Below are positions 27,777 to 32,000 of a DNA stretch of 32,000 nt, piece after piece (within the stretch, counting starts at the first letter, position 1; every line of letters starts with the position of its first letter). The DNA is taken from NCBI GenBank assembly GCA_022646745.1, contig CP060262.1, positions 3,450,001 through 3,482,000 on the forward strand. Reading direction: 5' to 3'. The notes beneath the pieces were generated by a model. It did not search any database and had not been told where the DNA came from. It worked only from the letters and a program-made list of their open reading frames with translations. The DNA is from Planctomycetales bacterium (GTDB lineage: Bacteria; 4484-113; JAFGCY01). Both the position numbers and the translations under genes were made by a program.

Positions 27777-27848
27777 GCATGCCGGACCGGCCGCCCGCGG
27801 AATGTATAATCGGTGTGCGGCTCCCGGCCGTGAGGAAAGGCAATAGGA

Positions 27849-29474
27849 ATGAGAAACTGGGGCATCCGGCTGCTGGCGGCAGCCATGATCTCACTGACCT
27901 GCATCAGTGGCGCTTTCGCCGCACCGGACCGCTTTGACAACCAGATCCCGGATGCGGTGCCTGATCCAGAAAACACCAGCAGCATCAGCTATTCCCTCTA
28001 CAACATAGACACGGACGGCCCCGTCACCAGTGAGCGTACCTCGCACCAGATGCTGCGCTTCGGCTACCAGTTCAGCGAGAAGCTGAACGCGAGCTTCCAT
28101 GTCAACATGCACGACCTCTCAGGCGGGATCGGGCTGACCAACCCGATCTTCAGCAGCCTCGACAGCGCCAAGAGCTACGGCCTGCGGCTCGAGATGAACC
28201 TGCTCAACGAACCGGCCAAGGAGGCCGGGCCTGACAACCAGCCGCCCTGGACCCCGGGCAGCGCATTCATGATCGGCTTCATGGGCAACCTGTATGACCT
28301 CGACCGCAGCGGCGTCGGCGAAAACGAAACGGAACTGGGCGCATTCCTCGCCTACTCCACCGACCTGACTGAGGAGATGCGCGGGCATACCTATTTCAGC
28401 ACGTCGCGCCTGACCGGTGACAACGCCAGCGGCAGCCTGAACCGCGTCGGCGCCGGTCTGGACTACCTGCTGCAGGAAGGTGACCGGCCGCTGGTGCTGA
28501 TGGCCAACGGCATGATCGACATCTACAACTTCCGCCAGCCGAACTTCAACACCAGCCGCATCAGCCGCTTCGACCTCGGCCTGCGCTACACGATGTCGCG
28601 GCAGTGGGATGCCCAGCTCGGCTGGTCGACCTTTAACGACAGCGAGCAGGACAGCTCCGGCAGCGGGCTGTTCGCCGGGATCAACTGGCGCAACCTGAAG
28701 GACCCCTGCCACTGCGGCAGCTGCACGACCTGCACCAACGGCCAGCCCAAGCCGGCTGCAGAAGCAGGCGGGGAACAGCCGCCGGCCCAGGCCAGCGTTG
28801 ACAGGCAGCAGGTGGAGAACGCCGCGCGGCTCGCCTGGGACCCGCAGGACACGCCGATGATGGCGCTGTCCTATCCCGAGAACTATGACAACACGGCGGT
28901 GGAGGACGATCTGCTCGGCAAGCGCAAGCCGGCCGATGAACTGCCGCTGCGCACCACCGCTTCCGCGATGATCGAGCCGACGGAGAGCATCCTTCCTGAG
29001 CATGTGCCTGTGGCCGGCAAGGAAGTGGCCTCCGCGGATGCCGCATTGCAGGCTGACAACGCCAGTGAGGTGCAGCTTGATGGCAACGGCGGCGGCGAGG
29101 GAATCGACATCCCGGTGTTCCCGGACAGCCAGCCGCGGCTTGAGGCCCGGGCCGATCTGATGGTGCGCCCGACTTCAACGGCGCGCACCCTGCCCGAGGA
29201 TTCGATCATCAACGACATCAGTGAAGTGCGTACCGGCAGTGAGCCTGCCCCGGAAGAATTCAGCCAGTTCCCCGAGGAGCAACCTGCTGAAACCACTGAG
29301 GGACTGCAGGGCTTCGTACCCCTGGCCACTCCGCTGGATGCGGTGCTCAGCCGGGCCCCTGGCCGCGAGATCGAGGTGCAGGCCGGTGACGACGGGATTG
29401 CGGACGCCTGTTCGCGCTTCCTCTACCTGCGCCTGGCATCAGTGCCGCGCCGCCTGCTGGCCCGCGGCAACTGA
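27849..29474 (+). CDS. Secreted protein: beta-barrel-like N-terminal half, a CHCGSCTTC Cys cluster, and a long acidic/Pro-rich low-complexity C-terminal half
   Basis: The signal peptide is LLAAAMISLTCISGAFA-AP. There are many short alternating-hydrophobic strands ending in aromatics: YGLRLEMNL, AFMIGFMGNLY, LGAFLAYS, VGAGLDYLL, FDLGLRYTM, AQLGWSTF, GLFAGINW. The region after residue ~290 is low complexity. Confidence 0.6.
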   Translation: MRNWGIRLLAAAMISLTCISGAFAAPDRFDNQIPDAVPDPENTSSISYSLYNIDTDGPVTSERTSHQMLRFGYQFSEKLNASFHVNMHDLSGGIGLTNPIFSSLDSAKSYGLRLEMNLLNEPAKEAGPDNQPPWTPGSAFMIGFMGNLYDLDRSGVGENETELGAFLAYSTDLTEEMRGHTYFSTSRLTGDNASGSLNRVGAGLDYLLQEGDRPLVLMANGMIDIYNFRQPNFNTSRISRFDLGLRYTMSRQWDAQLGWSTFNDSEQDSSGSGLFAGINWRNLKDPCHCGSCTTCTNGQPKPAAEAGGEQPPAQASVDRQQVENAARLAWDPQDTPMMALSYPENYDNTAVEDDLLGKRKPADELPLRTTASAMIEPTESILPEHVPVAGKEVASADAALQADNASEVQLDGNGGGEGIDIPVFPDSQPRLEARADLMVRPTSTARTLPEDSIINDISEVRTGSEPAPEEFSQFPEEQPAETTEGLQGFVPLATPLDAVLSRAPGREIEVQAGDDGIADACSRFLYLRLASVPRRLLARGN

Positions 29475-29485
29475 GCCGGCCCCTG

Positions 29486-30316
29486 ATGCGCCCCGCGCTT
29501 GCCAGCCTCTGCCTGCTAGCCCTGTTCATAATGGCCGACAGCTGGCAACCCGGCAATGCTGATGACACCGACTGGGCTGACTGCCTGTCCTGCCATACGG
29601 AGATTGACAGCGGCCTGCCCGCGCTGTCGGCGATCCGCCCGCGCCTGAATGACAACAAGCCGAGCCAGGCCTGCGAAAGCTGCCACACGGACGGCGTACC
29701 GGACTTCTTCGCCGGTGACTGGACACATCCGGTGCGCAGCGTGGGCGAGCATATCGGTTGCGACAACTGCCACCCGCCCCTGCCCCACAGTGCGGAGTTC
29801 CCGCCGCCGGTGCCGACCGGCGACTACCGCGTTGACAACTGCCTCGAATGCCACGGCGGACTGGAGCGGCACATGGACCAGCTTGGCAGCCACCTTGGCA
29901 GCGGACTGGTGCGCTGCATCGACTGCCATGACCCGCATGATCCGCTGCGCGCCTTCCTGCCGGACAGCCTGCTGAGCCCCTCAATGCTGGAACGGCGCGG
30001 CAGCTACTACCAGTCACATAACAGCAACGACAGCTGCACCGTCTGTCACAGCAGCTTCGACCTGTATGACGACCGGGTGTCCAACTTCATCACACTCAAC
30101 ACGGAGAACTACCACCGCCTGCACGTGGAGGGACAGCGCATCGGCTGCGTGGAATGCCATGACCCGCATGGTTCCAGCCAGCAGGCGTTGATCAGGCGCA
30201 CGCTGATCACCGGGGAGCTGATGACCTACTTGCCGACGGGCCGCGGAGCCAGCTGCAGTGTGACCTGCCATGGGGCCACGCATGACTCGCTGGAGTATGT
30301 CAACCGCCTGCCCTGA
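29486..30316 (+). CDS. Periplasmic multiheme cytochrome c (7 CxxCH plus 1 CxxxCH; doubled-CXXCH type)
   Basis: Motifs: CLSCH, CESCH, CDNCH, CLECH, CIDCH, CTVCH, CVECH, plus CSVTCH. CIDCHDPHDP and CVECHDPHGS are typical of paired-CXXCH domains. An N-terminal signal sequence is present. The start is 11 nt after the upstream stop. Confidence 0.85.
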   Translation: MRPALASLCLLALFIMADSWQPGNADDTDWADCLSCHTEIDSGLPALSAIRPRLNDNKPSQACESCHTDGVPDFFAGDWTHPVRSVGEHIGCDNCHPPLPHSAEFPPPVPTGDYRVDNCLECHGGLERHMDQLGSHLGSGLVRCIDCHDPHDPLRAFLPDSLLSPSMLERRGSYYQSHNSNDSCTVCHSSFDLYDDRVSNFITLNTENYHRLHVEGQRIGCVECHDPHGSSQQALIRRTLITGELMTYLPTGRGASCSVTCHGATHDSLEYVNRLP

Positions 30317-31696
30317 TCAGGGCGTGACCGGGAAGCGGGCGCGGCGCAGGGCGATCGCGATGTCGTTGTCACTGATCGGCCGGCGCTGCAGCTCATAGCG
30401 CAGGCCATTGGCCTGGCTGACAGCTGCCTCCGGGTTGTCAATGTAGCTCATTGAGACCAGGCTCAGTCCCTGGATGTCCAGCGACTGCACGGTACCCAGC
30501 CCGACCTTGAAGCTCATGCGCTTCACACCGCTGTCATTGAGGTTCGCCATCTTGTTCTCGTAGATCACGCGATGGTCCCCCGGGGGCAGCAGCATGCACA
30601 TCACCTGCTTGGCCATGATGCGCTCCTCGGTCTCCTTGACGCGGTAGACCCGCTTCTTGAAGAGGGAGTCGGCATCGAAGTGCACGTAGACCGTGTCCGA
30701 GTCGTGCATGTCCCAGTCGTTGTCATCGGCGTCCCACAGGAACAGGCGCGATGCGCTGTACTGGCGCAGCTCGACACCGTCCACCGTGATCTCCGCATTG
30801 TGGAAGCGGTTGCCATTTATCTTGTCGTAGATCTCGCCGGTGAACACCTCGTCGCCGTAGACCGGGGCGTAGATCGGGGCGAACCACATCAGGAAGCCAC
30901 CGCTGACCGCGGTCTGGATGTCCATTGGCTGCGGGGCCGGGCCGAACACGTAGTCGAAGCTGTCGGCATCGCTGGTGGCCTTGGTGAAGATGTCCTCCCA
31001 CTTGAAGATGCCGCTGCTGATCTGCAGGCTGAGCATGTCCTCGGCGCGCAGGGCGTAGCCGCCGCCCTTGCCGTCACTGCCGATGATCAGGCCCATCACC
31101 TGGAAGTCCTCCGAGACGAGGATGCCGCCGGCGCTGCCAGGGTCGACGTAGCCACTGAAGTGGATGTAGCTGAACTCCTGGCGGATCTCGGCGGTGAACC
31201 AGTTGCCATCGAACATGCGCGGGAAGTTGATGTCCAGCACCTCCCCCTCGCTGACCGCCTGCTCCAGGTAGGAGGCATGGGCATAGATCTGCACCGGGGT
31301 GCCGGGGGTGACGGTCTTCGTATCCATGTAAGTCATGTTGTCCGACTCGGAGGCGTACAGCGGCTCGGAGTAAAGCACGGCCGTATTGCGGTCCTTAGCC
31401 AGGGTCTCGAAGCGGGTGATGTCCATGATGCCGAAATCGGCGTGCAGCAGGCGGATCCGCTCAGCATCGGCGATGGCATGGAAGGGCACCATCACGTAGC
31501 CGCGGTTGAAGCGGAAACCGGTCACGCGGCGGGTGGTGCCAAAGCGGGTATCCACGATCACCTGCACGATGGAGGACAGGGCCTTCTTCGCTCCAACGCG
31601 CGGGTTGATGGCATGGGCCGGGCTACTCGGCACGAACGCCAGCAGGCAGGCAGCCAGCATGCCGCCGAGCATGATACGCAGTACTGTCATCACCAT
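30317..31696 (-). CDS. Secreted trypsin-like (S1-type) serine peptidase-domain protein with an uncharacterised C-terminal half
   Basis: 459 aa with the signal peptide MLGGMLAACLLAFVPSSPAHA. Candidate triad in canonical order: VPFHAI (His), DRNTAVLY (Asp), DPGSAGGILV (Ser, GxSxG-like). The ATG at 31690 has GGGAG 6 nt upstream and may be the true start. Confidence 0.5.
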   Translation of the reverse strand: MVMTVLRIMLGGMLAACLLAFVPSSPAHAINPRVGAKKALSSIVQVIVDTRFGTTRRVTGFRFNRGYVMVPFHAIADAERIRLLHADFGIMDITRFETLAKDRNTAVLYSEPLYASESDNMTYMDTKTVTPGTPVQIYAHASYLEQAVSEGEVLDINFPRMFDGNWFTAEIRQEFSYIHFSGYVDPGSAGGILVSEDFQVMGLIIGSDGKGGGYALRAEDMLSLQISSGIFKWEDIFTKATSDADSFDYVFGPAPQPMDIQTAVSGGFLMWFAPIYAPVYGDEVFTGEIYDKINGNRFHNAEITVDGVELRQYSASRLFLWDADDNDWDMHDSDTVYVHFDADSLFKKRVYRVKETEERIMAKQVMCMLLPPGDHRVIYENKMANLNDSGVKRMSFKVGLGTVQSLDIQGLSLVSMSYIDNPEAAVSQANGLRYELQRRPISDNDIAIALRRARFPVTP

Positions 31697-31962
31697 CTCC
31701 CACCCAGATCCGGCTGGATGTAATCCCCCCGCCGAAGTTCGGTTGATTTATCGAGACGGAAACGCGGGGTCCAATCCGCGAAACCTGCAGTCACGATAGC
31801 ACAGTCCGGGCAAACGGGAGTGGCTGAAAACCGCCGCGGCTTGGCAGGCCGGTTGATGAAATTGTGCTGGATGTTTGGCGATTTGCCGTTTATCAAATAA
31901 TCATGCAATTCCACAGGTAGTACCGCTCAGCCCTTTGCACATGCGGCCGCGCTTGTCCATTC

Positions 31963-31992
31963 TTGACAGAAAACGGTCAAATGTGATATAAT
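31963..31992 (+). promoter_or_regulatory. Near-consensus sigma70 promoter reading out of the right edge of the window
   Basis: TTGACA (31963-31968), an 18-nt spacer ending in TGa (extended -10), then TATAAT (31987-31992). The target gene lies outside the window. Confidence 0.55.
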
Positions 31993-32000
31993 AAGTGTTC

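Overview
High-GC bacterial chromosomal window; hand counts on single 60-nt lines of the backbone give 33/60 to 39/60 G+C. It is probably from a diderm, given an LpxL-type acyltransferase, a beta-barrel-like outer-membrane protein and many lipobox lipoproteins. I support 23 protein-coding genes and 2 tRNAs, plus one clear intrinsic terminator, a few sigma70-like promoter candidates and several families of short hairpin repeats. Recognisable genes are uvrA, a PadR regulator with an S4/YlmH-like protein, a REC-GGDEF diguanylate cyclase, a polyprenyl-phosphate sugar transferase, the fused B12-dependent mutase icmF, a WD40 protein, an LpxL/HtrB-family acyltransferase, a CPBP (CAAX) protease and a multiheme cytochrome c. 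No rRNA, CRISPR array, integrase or transposase was recognised. Observations worth a second look: (1) a two-gene cassette at about one-third G+C (18808-20612), bracketed by gapless 152-bp direct repeats that are 131/152 identical. (2) A tightly coupled five-gene operon with three tandem secreted DUF4139-like paralogs, a hotdog thioesterase and a lipoprotein; paralog divergence is concentrated in one indel-rich linker. (3) Modular, shuffled hairpin repeat families that fill intergenic DNA and even supply a stop codon or create false ORF starts. (4) A class II tRNA whose hand-folded anticodon is AAG (A34 Leu), which is unusual for bacteria. (5) A REC-GGDEF gene back to back with a DHH/DHHA1-like phosphoesterase that has a degenerate motif I. 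(6) A beta-barrel-like protein with a Cys cluster and a long disordered tail, co-transcribed with a 7+1 heme cytochrome c (a porin-cytochrome-like pair). All functional calls come from motif recognition by eye; no database search was run.
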